From an uncultured Acidimicrobiaceae bacterium (GTDB lineage: Bacteria > Actinomycetota > Acidimicrobiia > Acidimicrobiales > UBA8190): 64,000 bases of DNA. Within the stretch, counting starts at the first letter, position 1; the number at the start of each line of letters is the position of its first letter. Location: assembly GCA_963800065.1 (NCBI GenBank), contig CAWCZO010000007.1:176474-240473 (forward strand), given 5' to 3'. The notes below the pieces were generated by a model. The model searched no databases, had not been told where the DNA came from, and saw only the letters and a list, made by a program, of their open reading frames with translations. Positions 51,286-61,753 of the stretch are shown here, one piece after another. A program made the position numbers and the translations under genes.

Positions 51286-52773
51286 GGTGCCTCATCGTCC
51301 GCGGCGTCGGGGCCCTTCGCCGCGTATGTCCGCAGGCGGGCCCGATCCGTCGCCGACTCCATCTCGATGACGTCGAAGACGACGCCGAAGCCGTCGGACC
51401 GATCCGGCCGCCGTGAGGGTCTTCAGGGCCTGGTCGCCGGCACTGCCCGGCACCGGGGCGTCGGTGGTGACGAGGACGAAGGGAATCGTCGGGATGCGAC
51501 GCGTGGAGCACGGCCGCCTTGCCCAGTGCCTTCCACAGCGTGTCGGCCCGTCGCAGGCCCGCCCGCGTGCGTCGTGAACGCCCCCGAGACGTCGAAGTAC
51601 CACGTCTGGCCGGTGTCGTCGACCCCCGAGAAGCTGACCTCGATGCCGTTGCCGGCCCGGACGTCGGCGGTCAGGTCGGCAGAATCCGCAGTGGTCGAGG
51701 AGGTCCCGGGCCAGCTCCCGTGCCTTGTGCCCGTCCCGCTGCGCCCGGGCCAGCGAGGTCGGTGGCATCGCTCCGGCTCGTCCGCCGGGAGGACGCCGAC
51801 CGCCGCGCGGCGCCGGCGGTGACGCGGCTCTCGGCCGACCGCCGCGTGCATGCGTCTGATCCTGTTCGGCCCGGATCCGCTGCTCGGCGATCTCGACGTA
51901 CGACGTCTCGGTGTCGTAGCCCACGAACCGCCGTCCGGTCCGGACGGCCGCCACCCCCGTCGTCCCCGATCCCATGAACGGGTCGAGCACGAGATCGTCG
52001 CCGGTAGGTGTAGAGCTCGATGAGGCGCTGGGGGAGCTCGACGGGGAAGGGCGCCGGGTGACCCGACCCGGGTGGCCCTCTCGGCGCCGATCTCCCAGAC
52101 GTCGGTGGTGGCCTCGATGAACTCGTCCTTGGACACCGAGATCTCGGCCGGGAGCCCGAGCGACGCCCGCTCTGGCGGGAGAGGGCCCGGTCGAAGCGGC
52201 CCTTGCTGGCGATGATCACCCGTTCGGTGACGTCGCGCAGGACCGGGTTGGCCGGGCTCTGGAACGAGCCCCAGGCGCACGACCCGCTGGCACCACGCGC
52301 CTTCAGCCAGATGACCTCGCCCCGCAGCAGCAGCCCGAGCTCGTCCTGGAGGATCCCGATGACGTCGGCCGACAGCGACCGGTACGGCTTGCGCCCCAGA
52401 TTGGCGACGTTGACGGCGATCCGCCCCCCGGGCTCGAGCGTCCGGACCGACTCGGCGAAGACGGCGGTGAGCATCTCGAGGTACTCGAAGTAGCTGGCCG
52501 GGACGTGCCCTTCGCCCAGAGCCTCCTCGTACTCCTTGCCGGCGAAGTACGGCGGGGACGTCACGACGAGGGCGACCGAGCGCGTCCTCGACCTCGTCCA
52601 TGTGCCGGGCGTCGCCCAGGATGGGCTTCTCCGCCGATGGGCGAGCGGACGACGGTGTCGTCACCACTGAGGACGGGGGCGGTGAACCGGTCGTAGAAGC
52701 CGCTGGCGTCGTGGCTCTCGCGCCGGCCGACACCGAAGGCGGAGGTGGAGGTGGGCTTACGGCGGCCGGTCAT
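51275..52773 (-). pseudogene. Beta-class N4/N6 DNA methyltransferase (SPPY motif, likely m4C) with an extra C-terminal module or ORF, multiply frame-broken
   Basis: Fragments: MTGRRKPTSTSAFGVGRRESHDASGFYDRF.., ..VVTSPPYFAGKEYE.. (motif IV), ..[19 protein letters not shown].., ..[25 protein letters not shown].. (motif I), then ..[30 protein letters not shown].. and ..[21 protein letters not shown]... The 3' boundary is uncertain. Confidence 0.6.
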
Positions 52774-52890
52774 CGTTCGATCATGTGGTCGATTGATAGT
52801 ACCGGGGTGTAACGATTCGGCGCCGGGATCGACCGGGCGATGCCAGTGCCGGGGGTGCGAGCCGCCGGGACGCCCGTCAGGGGAGGCCCG

Positions 52891-54078
52891 TCAGGGAAGG
52901 GTGCGGACGAGGAGGGCGTCGCCCTGGCCGCCGCCGCCGCACAGGCTGGCCACCGCCGTGCCGCCGCCGCGCCGCTTGAGCTCGTGGAGGACGGTCAGGG
53001 CCAGGCGGGTCCCCGACATGCCGATGGGGTGGCCGAGGGCGATGGCACCACCGTTCACGTTGGTGACCTCGTCGGTGATGCCCAGGTCGGCCATCGAGGC
53101 CAGGCCCACCACGGCGAAGGCCTCGTTGATCTCGAACAGGTCGACGTCGCCGATGCGTCTTCCCCGCCTTCTCGAGGGCCTGCCGGATGGCGTTGGCCGG
53201 CTGGACGAGGAGCGAGGCGTCGGGACCGGCCACCTGGCCGTAGCCGAGGACCTCCCCGAGCGGCGCCACGCCGAGAGCGTCGGCCTTGGCACGGGAGGTG
53301 ACGATCACGGCGGCGCCGCCGTCGGAGATCTGGCTGGCGTTCCCGGCCGTGACGGTGCCCTCCTTGTCGAAGGCGGGCTTGAGCGCGCCGAGCGACTCGG
53401 CCGTCGTGCCCGGGACGGACGCCCTCGTCGGTGTCGACCAGCGATCGGGTCGCCCTTGCGCTGGGCCACGGACACGGGGACGATCTCGTCGGCGAAGCGG
53501 CCGTCCTTGATGGCGGCGGCGGCCCGCTCGTGCGAGAGGGCGGCGAAGCCGTCCTGGGCCTGGCGCGAGATCCCGGCGGCGTCGTTGTAGCGCTCGGTGC
53601 CCAGCCCCATGGCGCAGTGGTCGAACTGGCAGTAGAGGCCGTCGTACATCATCGAGTCCACCAGCTCGCCGTCGCCCAGCCGGTAGCCGGCCCGGGCCCC
53701 GGGCAGGAGGTACGGCGCCTTGGTCATCGACTCCATCCCCCCGGCCACCACCACCTCGGCGGCGCCGGCAGAGATGAGGAGGTCGGCCAGGAAGATGCTG
53801 TTCAGGCCGGAGAGGCACACCTTGTTGACGGTGGTGGCCGGGACGGACATCGAGATGCCGCCCTTCACGGCGGCCTGGCGGGCCGTGATCTGCCCCTGAC
53901 CGGCCTGCAGGACCTGGCCCATGAAGACGTAGTCGACCTGGTCGGCGGCCACGCCGGAACGCTCGAGGGCGGCGGCGATGGCGAATCCCCCGAGGTCCAT
54001 GGCGCTGAACCCGGCCAGGGCGCCGGACAGCTTGCCGATGGGGGTGCGGGCTCCCCCGAGGATGACGGAACCGGGCAT
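52891..54078 (-). pseudogene. Acetyl-CoA acetyltransferase (thiolase II), frame-broken at least twice
   Basis: ATG 54078 after GGAGG. N-terminus MPGSVILGGARTPIGK..VNKVCLSGL (Cys nucleophile). The middle (..TAGNASQISDGGAAV..) and the C-terminus (..NVNGGAIALGHPIGMSG..CGGGGQG) are in other frames, for example with a junction near 53157. Confidence 0.8.
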
Positions 54079-54223
54079 GAGGACCTCCGAAAGGTCGACG
54101 GCGGCCGTGTCCGGACCGCCTGGTGGCGCCCATCGTAGGGGCGTTCCCCCGAGCCTATCCAGTCGAGCCCCGGCTCGGTGACCCACGGGTAACCAGCCGG
54201 CGCCGGGGGTATCGTGCTCACCC

Positions 54224-55566
54224 ATGCAAGCAATCCGTGACGCCATCCTGGCCGGGGCCGGCGGGGACGAGCTGTCGGCCCTCCCCCTCCCCGAGACGTA
54301 CCGGGCGGCGTACGTCCAACGTGACGAGGTCGAGATGTTCGCCGGGGTCGACTCGGACGACAAGGACCCCCGCAAGTCGCTGCACGTCGTCGGAGGTGGC
54401 CGTCCCCGAGCTGGCCCCCGACGAGGCCTACATCGCCGTCATGGCCTCGTCGATCAACTTCAACACCGTCTGGACCTCGATCTTCGAGCCCCTGCCCACC
54501 TTCGGCTTCCTCGACCGGCTGGGCCGGGAGAGCGTCTGGGGGGCCCGCCACGCCCTGCCGTACCACGTGGTCGGCTCCGACGCCTCCGGGGTGGTGCTCC
54601 GGGTGGGCTCCCTGGTCCGCAACTTCGCCCCCGGCGACAGGGTCGTCGTCCACTGCAACTACGTCGACGACCAGGACCCCTCGGCCCACGACGACTCGAT
54701 GCTGGCGGCCAACGAGCGCATCTGGGGCTTCGAGACGAACTTCGGCGGCCTGGCCGACCTGGCGGTGGTGAAGGCCAACCAGCTCATGCCCAAGGCGACC
54801 CACCTGAGCTGGGAGGAGGCGGCCATCAACGCCCTGTGCAACTCGACCGCCTACCGGATGCTCGTCTCGCGCAACGGCGCCGAGATGAAGCAGGGCGACA
54901 TGGTGCTCGTCTGGGGGGCCAGCGGGGGCCTCGGCAGCTACGCCGTCCAGCACGTGCTGAACGGCGGGGCCACCCCGGTCGGCGTGGTCTCGTCCCCGGA
55001 GAAGGTGGCCCTGCTCCACGACCTGGGCGTGGAGGCCGTGATCGACCGCAAGGCGGCCGGCTACCGGTTCTGGAAGGACGAGCACACCCAGGACGAGTCC
55101 GAGTGGCGCCGGTTCGGCAAGGACATCCGGTCCCTGGTGGGCGACGACCCCGACGTCGTCTTCGAGCACCCCGGGCGCCAGACGATGGGGGCGTCGGTCT
55201 TCGCCTGCAAGAGGGCCGGCACCATCGTCACGTGCGCGGCGACATCGGGCTACATGATCGAGTACGACAACCGCCACCTCTGGATGAAGCTGAAGACGAT
55301 CAAGGGCTCGCACTTCGCCAACTACCGCGAGGCGTGGGACGCCAACCAGCTGATCTGCCAGGGAAAGGTCGTCCCGCCCCTGTCGGCCGTCTACCCCCTC
55401 GAGAACGTGGGCGAGGCCGCCTTCCAGGTCCATCGCAATCTGCACGAGGGCAAGATCGGCGTCCTCTGCCTGGCGCCCTGCGGAAGGCCTCGGGATCGAC
55501 GACCCCGACCTGCGGGCCAAGGTGGGCGAGGACCGGATCACGCTCTTCCGGAGACACGGGGCATGA
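54224..55566 (+). pseudogene. ccr: Crotonyl-CoA carboxylase/reductase, two frame breaks
   Basis: MQAIRDAILAG..YRAAYV..KSLHVV | EVAVPELAPDEAYIAVMASSINFNTVW..FETNFGGLA..GASGGLGSYA..HEGKIGVLCLAP | AEGLGIDDPDLRAKVGEDRITLFRRHGA*. Junctions near 54392 and 55479. Confidence 0.85.
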
Positions 55567-56007
55567 CCGGGGCACCAGGCGCCGACGACGACGACGTCCG
55601 GGGCGACTGCTGACCGAGATCGACCACGTGGCCATCGCCGTCCGCGACCTCGACGCCGCCGTCGCCCACTACCGGACCTGGTTCGGCGCCGCCGTGACCC
55701 ACCGGGAGGTGGTCGAGTCCGACGGCGTCGAGGAGGCGCTTCTGCCGGTGGGCGACCTCCTACGTCCAGCTGGTCTGCCCCACCCGCCCCGACTCGCCGG
55801 TGGCCAAGTTCCTCGAGAAGCAAGGGCGAGGGCCTCCACCACGTGGGCTACCGGGTGACCGACTGCGCGGCGGCGCTGCAGCGGGTCAAGGACAGCGGCG
55901 GGAGGGTCATCGACGAGGCCCCGCGGCCCGGCTCGCGGGGGACGACGGTGGCGTTCGTCCATCCCAAGGGCGACCTCGGCACCCTCATCGAGCTCGTCCA
56001 GGAGTAG
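55563..56007 (+). pseudogene. Methylmalonyl/ethylmalonyl-CoA epimerase (VOC family), frame-broken
   Basis: ..[30 protein letters not shown] | [23 protein letters not shown] | [31 protein letters not shown]. Junctions near 55757 and 55825. The N-terminal join is unresolved. Confidence 0.7.
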
Positions 56008-56081
56008 CGGGGACGCGGCGTCGCCCGAGCGGACGCGGCGTCGTCCGGGGGCTCCGGAGCGCTCCGGTAGCCTCACGGTCC

Positions 56082-57639
56082 ATGGAACATCCCATGTCGC
56101 AACGCCTGGCCGACCTGAAGGCCCGCAAGGAGGAGGCCCTGCACGCCGGAACGCCGCGCGCCGTCGAGCGCCAGCACTCCAAGGGCAAGATGACGGCCCG
56201 GGAACGGATCGAGTACCTGCTCGACGAGGGGTCATTCCAGGAGCTCGACATGCTGGCCCGCCACCGGGCCCACGGCATGGGCCTCGAGGAGAACCGCCCC
56301 TACACCGACGGTGTCATCACCGGCTTCGGCGCCATCGACGGGCGGCGGGTCTGCGTCTTCAGCCAGGACTTCACCGTCTACGGCGGCGCACTGGGCGAGG
56401 TCTTCGCCGAGAAGATCCACAAGATCATGGACCTGGCCGAGTCGATCGGCGTCCCCATGATCGGCCTGAACGACGGCGCCGGGGCCCGGATCCAGGAGGG
56501 TGTGGTCTCCCTGCACTCCTACGGCCAGATCTTCCACCGCAACGTCCGGCGCCTCGGGCGTGATCCCCCAGGTCAGCGTGATCATGGGACCGTGCGCCGG
56601 CGGAGCCGTCTACTCGCCGGCCATGACCGACTTCATCTTCATGGTCAACGGGACCAGCCACATGTTCATCACCGGCCCCGACGTGGTGAAGACGGTGACC
56701 GGCGAGGACGTGACCCTGGAAGAGCTCGGCGGGGCCATGAGCCACGCCACCAAGTCGGGCGTGGCCACCTTCGTGGCCCCCGACGAGCGGACCTGTCTCG
56801 ACGAGGTCCGGTACCTCCTGTCGTTCCTCCCGTCGAACAACCTGGAGGAGACGCCGATCGTCGACACCGGCGACGATCCCGACCGCGGAACCCCCGAGCT
56901 CGTCGACCTGATGCCGGCCTCGGCGACCCAGCCCTACGACATGAAGAAGGTCATCGCCGCCGTGGTCGACGCCGAGGACTACTTCGAGGTCCATCCGCAC
57001 TGGGCCATGTCGATCACCTGTGGCTTCGCCCGCATCGACGGTCGCGCCGTCGGGATCGTCGGCAACCAGCCCGCCGTCCTGGCCGGAGTCCTCGACATCG
57101 ACTCGTCGGAGAAGGCGGCCCGTTTCGTCCGGACCTGCGACGCCTTCAACATCCCCCTCGTCACCTTCGTCGACGTCCCCGGATTCATGCCGGGGACCGA
57201 TCAGGAGTACGGCGGCATCATCCGGCACGGGGCCAAGCTCCTGTACGCCTACTGCGAGTCGACGGTCCCCCGGATCCAGATCATCACCCGCAAGGCCTAC
57301 GGCGGTGCCTACGTCGTCATGAATTCGAAGTCGATCGGTGCCGACCTGGCCTTCGCCTGGCCATCGGCCGAGCTGGCCGTCATGGGCCCCCAGGGAGCCG
57401 TCGAGATCGTCTACCGCCGTGAGCTGGCCGAGGCGGCCGATCCGGTGGCCCGCCGGGCCGAGCTGGTGGAGGAGTACACCGAGCGCTACGCCAACCCCTA
57501 CATCGCCGCCGAACGGGGCTACGTCGACGACGTCATCGATCCGAGCGAGACGCGACGGGTCCTCGTCCGCAGCCTCCGCCTGCTGGCGTCCAAGCGCGAG
57601 GAATTGCCGCGGCGCAAGCACGGCAACGTCCCGCTGTGA
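56082..57639 (+). pseudogene. pccB: Propionyl-CoA carboxylase beta chain / acyl-CoA carboxyltransferase, one frame break
   Basis: [45 protein letters not shown] | [36 protein letters not shown].. to the stop at 57639. Junction near 56550. Confidence 0.85.
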
Positions 57640-57848
57640 GCACCCCCGGGGGGCCCGAGGTGGTGTCCGTCCATCCCGCCCCCGACGCAGCCGTCCTCAC
57701 CGCCATCGTCGCCGCCGTCGAGGAGGCCTGGCCCCGTCCCCGTCCGGCCGGCGACTCTGCCGGGCGGCGGACCTCGGCCTGGCGGTTCAGCGGGCGCTGG
57801 TGGTCCAAGCCCACGGCGCTGCGACGCGACCGGCCCTGGGCCGGCTGA
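57636..57848 (+). CDS. Acyl-CoA carboxylase epsilon-subunit-like small protein
   Basis: 70 aa. GTGA overlap with pccB. Ala/Pro-rich with WRFSGRWW near the C-terminus, as I recall for AccE-type peptides. Confidence 0.5.
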   Translation: MSTPGGPEVVSVHPAPDAAVLTAIVAAVEEAWPRPRPAGDSAGRRTSAWRFSGRWWSKPTALRRDRPWAG

Positions 57849-57893
57849 AGACGGCGCCGTCGGGGCCGGACGTCAGGGCGGCCGGGAGAGTCG

Positions 57894-59894
57894 TCAGCGG
57901 GAGGCTGTCGCCCGGTGCTCCTCGGCCAGGGTGACGAGCTCGGTCATGATGCGGCCGAAGTCGAAGTCCTTCGGGGTGAAGACCGCCGCCACCCCCTTGT
58001 CGCGCAACAGCTTGGCGTCATCGGGGGGGATGATCCCTCCCACCACCACCGGCACGTCGAGGCCGGCGGCCCGCAGACGGTCGAGGATGTCGGGGACGAG
58101 ATCCAGATGGCTGCCCGACAGGATGGAGATGCCGACCAGGTCGACGTCCTCGTCGACGGCGGCGGCCACGATCTGCTCGGGCGACAGGCGGATGCCCTGG
58201 TAGATGACTTCGAACCCGGCGTCGCGGGCGGCGACGGCGATCTGCTCGGCCCCGTTGGAATGCCCGTCGAGGCCCGGCTTGGCCACCAGGAGCCGTGGTG
58301 GGCCACCGGTCCGTTCCGCCAGGGCCTGCGTCCGGGTCCGGACCCGGGCGACGGCCCCGCCGCGGTGCCCGGTCCGTCCGGTGACGCCGGTGGGGGCGCG
58401 GTACTCGCCGAAGATGTCGCGCAGGGCCTGCGCCCATTGGCCGGTAGTGCCACCGGCATGAGCGAGGGCGATGGTGGCCGGCATGACGTTGTCGTCGCCG
58501 TCCTCGGCGGCCCGGCGCAGCGCGTCGACGGCCCGACGCACCGACGCCTGGTCCCGGGACGACCGCCAGGCGACGACGTCGGCGCGCAGCTCGGCCTCGA
58601 CCGAGGGATCGACCTTGAGGATGGTGGCGGCACCGTCCAGGCTGTTGACGAGGGGCGACGTCTCGGTCTCGGTGAAGCAGTTGACCCCGACGACGGGGAG
58701 CTCTCCCGTCTCGATCCGGCGGACCCGGTCGGCCTGGCTGTCGACCAGACGGCGCTTCAATTCGTCGACCGCCTCGAAGGCCCCCCCGAGACCGAGGACG
58801 TCCGACAGCTCGGTCCAGGCGGCCTCGGCCATCTCGGCCGTCTTGGCCTCGATCACCGTCGATCCCGCGAAGATGTCGTCGTACTCGAGGAGGTCGGTCT
58901 CGAGGGCCAGGATCTGTTGGATCCGCAGCGACCACTGCTGGTCCCACGGACGGGGGAGGCCGAGCGCCTCGTTCCAGGCGGGCAGCTGCAGGGCGCGGGC
59001 GCGCGCCTCGCGTGACAGGGTCACACCCAGAGCCTCGAGGACGATGCGCGGGACGTTGTTCTCGGGTTGGGCCTCGGTCAGTCCGAGGGAGTTCACCTGG
59101 ACCCCGTAGCGGAACCGCCGCAGCTTGGGGTCCTCGACCCCGTAGCGCTCGGAGCAGATGCGGTCCCACAAGCGGGTGAAGGCCCGTACCTTGCAGGTCT
59201 CCTCCACGAAACGGATCCCGGCGTTGACGAAGAACGAGATCCGGCCCACCACGGCGGGGAGTTCTGAGACGTCGATCTTGCCCGAGTCGCGCACAGCGTC
59301 GAGAACGCCGATGGCGGTGGCCAACGCGTAGGCCAGCTCCTGCGTCGGCGTGGCTCCCGCCTCCTGGAGGTGATAGCTGCAGACGTTGATGGGATTCCAC
59401 CTGGGGACGTGGCGGATGGTGTAGGCGATCATGTCGACGATGAGCCGCCGGCTGGGGGCGGGCGGGAAGATGTAGGTCCCGCGCGACAGGTACTCCTTCA
59501 CGATGTCGTTCTGGGTCGTCCCCTGGAGTCGGTGGGGGTCGACACCGGTGTCCTCGGCGTGGGCGATGTACAGGCCGAGCAACCATGCCGCCGTGGCGTT
59601 GATGGTCATCGACGTGTTCATCGTCTCGACCGGGATCCCGTCCATGAGCTGGTGCATGTGCCCGAGGTGGGCGACAGGGACGCCGACCTTTCCCACCTCG
59701 CCGGCGGCCTCGGGGGCGTCGGGGTCGTAGCCGGTCTGTGTGGGAAGGTCGAAGGCGACAGACAGGCCCGTCTGGCCCTTGGCCAGATTGGTGCGGTAGA
59801 GGGTGTTGGACGCCCGGGCCGAGGAGTGTCCCGAGTACGTGCGCATCACCCAGGGCGTGTCACGCCGATGGTCGGGTCGCACCACCTGGCTCAC
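57894..59894 (-). CDS. meaA: Fused B12-dependent acyl-CoA mutase (MeaA / ethylmalonyl-CoA mutase type)
   Basis: 666 aa, intact. PWVMRTYSG, FDLPTQTGYD, QNDIVKEY, and a C-terminal B12-binding domain with GLDGHSNG and VDLVGISILSG. Confidence 0.9.
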   Translation of the reverse strand: MSQVVRPDHRRDTPWVMRTYSGHSSARASNTLYRTNLAKGQTGLSVAFDLPTQTGYDPDAPEAAGEVGKVGVPVAHLGHMHQLMDGIPVETMNTSMTINATAAWLLGLYIAHAEDTGVDPHRLQGTTQNDIVKEYLSRGTYIFPPAPSRRLIVDMIAYTIRHVPRWNPINVCSYHLQEAGATPTQELAYALATAIGVLDAVRDSGKIDVSELPAVVGRISFFVNAGIRFVEETCKVRAFTRLWDRICSERYGVEDPKLRRFRYGVQVNSLGLTEAQPENNVPRIVLEALGVTLSREARARALQLPAWNEALGLPRPWDQQWSLRIQQILALETDLLEYDDIFAGSTVIEAKTAEMAEAAWTELSDVLGLGGAFEAVDELKRRLVDSQADRVRRIETGELPVVGVNCFTETETSPLVNSLDGAATILKVDPSVEAELRADVVAWRSSRDQASVRRAVDALRRAAEDGDDNVMPATIALAHAGGTTGQWAQALRDIFGEYRAPTGVTGRTGHRGGAVARVRTRTQALAERTGGPPRLLVAKPGLDGHSNGAEQIAVAARDAGFEVIYQGIRLSPEQIVAAAVDEDVDLVGISILSGSHLDLVPDILDRLRAAGLDVPVVVGGIIPPDDAKLLRDKGVAAVFTPKDFDFGRIMTELVTLAEEHRATASR

Positions 59895-59939
59895 CTCTCT
59901 CCTCTGCTCCCGCCGACGTCCTTCGGACGCCGTCGAAGT

Positions 59940-60794
59940 CTACGAGCGGTAGTCGTAGAAGCCCCGACCGGACTTCCGCCCGAAGAGCTCGGCGGAGACC
60001 ATGCGGCGCAACAGGGGGACCGCCGCGTAGTTGGGGTCGCGATACTCGTCGTAGAGGGCGTCCAGGATGGCCAGACTGGTGTCCAGACCGACCAGGTCGA
60101 GAAGGGCGAAGGGGCCCATGGGGAACCCGCACCCGCCCTTCATGGCGGTGTCGATGTCGTCGCGGGTGGCCACCTTCTGCTCGAGGAGGCGGACGGCGTT
60201 GTTGAGGTAGGGGAAGAGCAGGGCGTTGACGATGAAGCCGGCCTGGTCCTTCACCTCGACCGGTGACTTCCCGCACGTCTCGGCGAACGTCCGGGCCGAG
60301 GCGATGGTTTCGTCCGAGGCGGTGATGGGCCGGACGATCTCGACCAGCGACATCACCGGTGCCGGGTTGAAGAAGTGGATGCCGCAGACCTTGTCGGGCC
60401 GGCCCGTCTCCATGGCCATGTCCACCACGGCGAGGGTGGAGGTGTTCGTGGCCAGGATGGTGTGCTCGCCGCAGACGCGGTCGAGCTCGGAGAAGAGGTG
60501 CTTCTTTACGGCCAGGTCCTCGACCACCGACTCGATCACCAGATCGCAGCCCGCCAACTCGGACAGATCGGTCACCGGCGTGACCCGGGCCAAGGCCGCG
60601 TCCCGCTCCTCGGCGGCCAGCTTGCCCTTGTCGACCTGCTTCCCCAGGGACTTCGCCATGCCGGCGACCATCCCGTCGGCCGTGCCCTGGGCACGCGAAC
60701 GGAGGACCACGTCGAAGCCGTGCACGGCGGCGGTCTCGGCGATGCCGGAACCCATGATGCCGGAACCGACGATTCCTATTCGCTTGAAGGACAT
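59940..60794 (-). CDS. hbd: 3-hydroxybutyryl-CoA dehydrogenase
   Basis: IGIVGSGIMGSGIA Rossmann motif, NTSTL, FFNPAPVM and GFIVNALL motifs. Confidence 0.9.
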   Translation of the reverse strand: MSFKRIGIVGSGIMGSGIAETAAVHGFDVVLRSRAQGTADGMVAGMAKSLGKQVDKGKLAAEERDAALARVTPVTDLSELAGCDLVIESVVEDLAVKKHLFSELDRVCGEHTILATNTSTLAVVDMAMETGRPDKVCGIHFFNPAPVMSLVEIVRPITASDETIASARTFAETCGKSPVEVKDQAGFIVNALLFPYLNNAVRLLEQKVATRDDIDTAMKGGCGFPMGPFALLDLVGLDTSLAILDALYDEYRDPNYAAVPLLRRMVSAELFGRKSGRGFYDYRS

Positions 60795-60847
60795 GGACGT
60801 ATGTTACCAAGCAGTACGAAGAGGGCTCCCCTGACCGGTCGCCGGGA

Positions 60848-61714
60848 TCAGCGCCGGGCGCCGCGCAGGGCCCGGCGGAGCAGGGCCGGTCCGATGCGGA
60901 CGAAGAGCTCGGGGGCCGCCCGGTAGGCGGCCCAGGCCGTGCGGGCATGGCGCGGAGTGACGATGAAGGCCCGGTTCCGGGCCACGCCGACGAGGACGTC
61001 GTCGGCGAGCGACGCCGCCGGATAGGGCTGTCCGATGGACCGGGTGAGCATCCGCCGCCCCTCGGGGAGGCTGGCCACGGCCGGCAGGTCGGCCGGGTTC
61101 CCCTTGTCGAGGAGCGGGGTATCGATGACGCCGGGGCAGACGACGCTGACGCGTACCCCGTGCGCGGCGGCCTCCATCCTCAGGCTGGTGCTCAGGCCGA
61201 CGACGCCGTGCTTGGTCATGGCGTAGGGGGAGAGCAGGGGAGCGGGGAGGAGGCCGGCCAGCGAAGCGGTGTTGACGATGTGCCCCCGGCCCTGCCTGAT
61301 CATGACCGGGTAGGCGGCCGCCACGCCGTGGACCACCCCCCGCAGGTTGACGTCGATGACACGGTCCCAGTGGACCAGTGACAGATCACCGACATCGCCT
61401 CCCATGCCGACGCCGGCATTGTTGAAGAGGAGATCGATCCGTCCGTGATCGGTGACGGCGCGGCCGACGAGCTCGGAGAATGCGGCGGCATCGGTCACGT
61501 CGAGGGCCACGCCCGACGCTCCCGCCCCCGTGGCGGCGGCCAGTTCGTCGTCGGCCAGCTGGTCGGCGGCCGCCTTGGCGCCGGCTTCGTCGATGTCGGC
61601 CAGGACGACGGTCGCCCCCCGTCGGGCCAGGGCCGTCGACAGCGCCCGTCCGATGCCCGAGGCGGCTCCGGTGACCACCGCCACCTGTCCCGGGAAGAGC
61701 GTCGCCGTGGTCAC
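60848..61714 (-). CDS. Short-chain dehydrogenase/reductase (SDR)
   Basis: VTGAASGIG, NNAG and YAMTKHG (YxxxK) motifs. Confidence 0.85.
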   Translation of the reverse strand: MTTATLFPGQVAVVTGAASGIGRALSTALARRGATVVLADIDEAGAKAAADQLADDELAAATGAGASGVALDVTDAAAFSELVGRAVTDHGRIDLLFNNAGVGMGGDVGDLSLVHWDRVIDVNLRGVVHGVAAAYPVMIRQGRGHIVNTASLAGLLPAPLLSPYAMTKHGVVGLSTSLRMEAAAHGVRVSVVCPGVIDTPLLDKGNPADLPAVASLPEGRRMLTRSIGQPYPAASLADDVLVGVARNRAFIVTPRHARTAWAAYRAAPELFVRIGPALLRRALRGARR

Positions 61715-61753
61715 CGCCCGAGCCTACGACCGCGAGGACGGCGAGGTTCTAGG

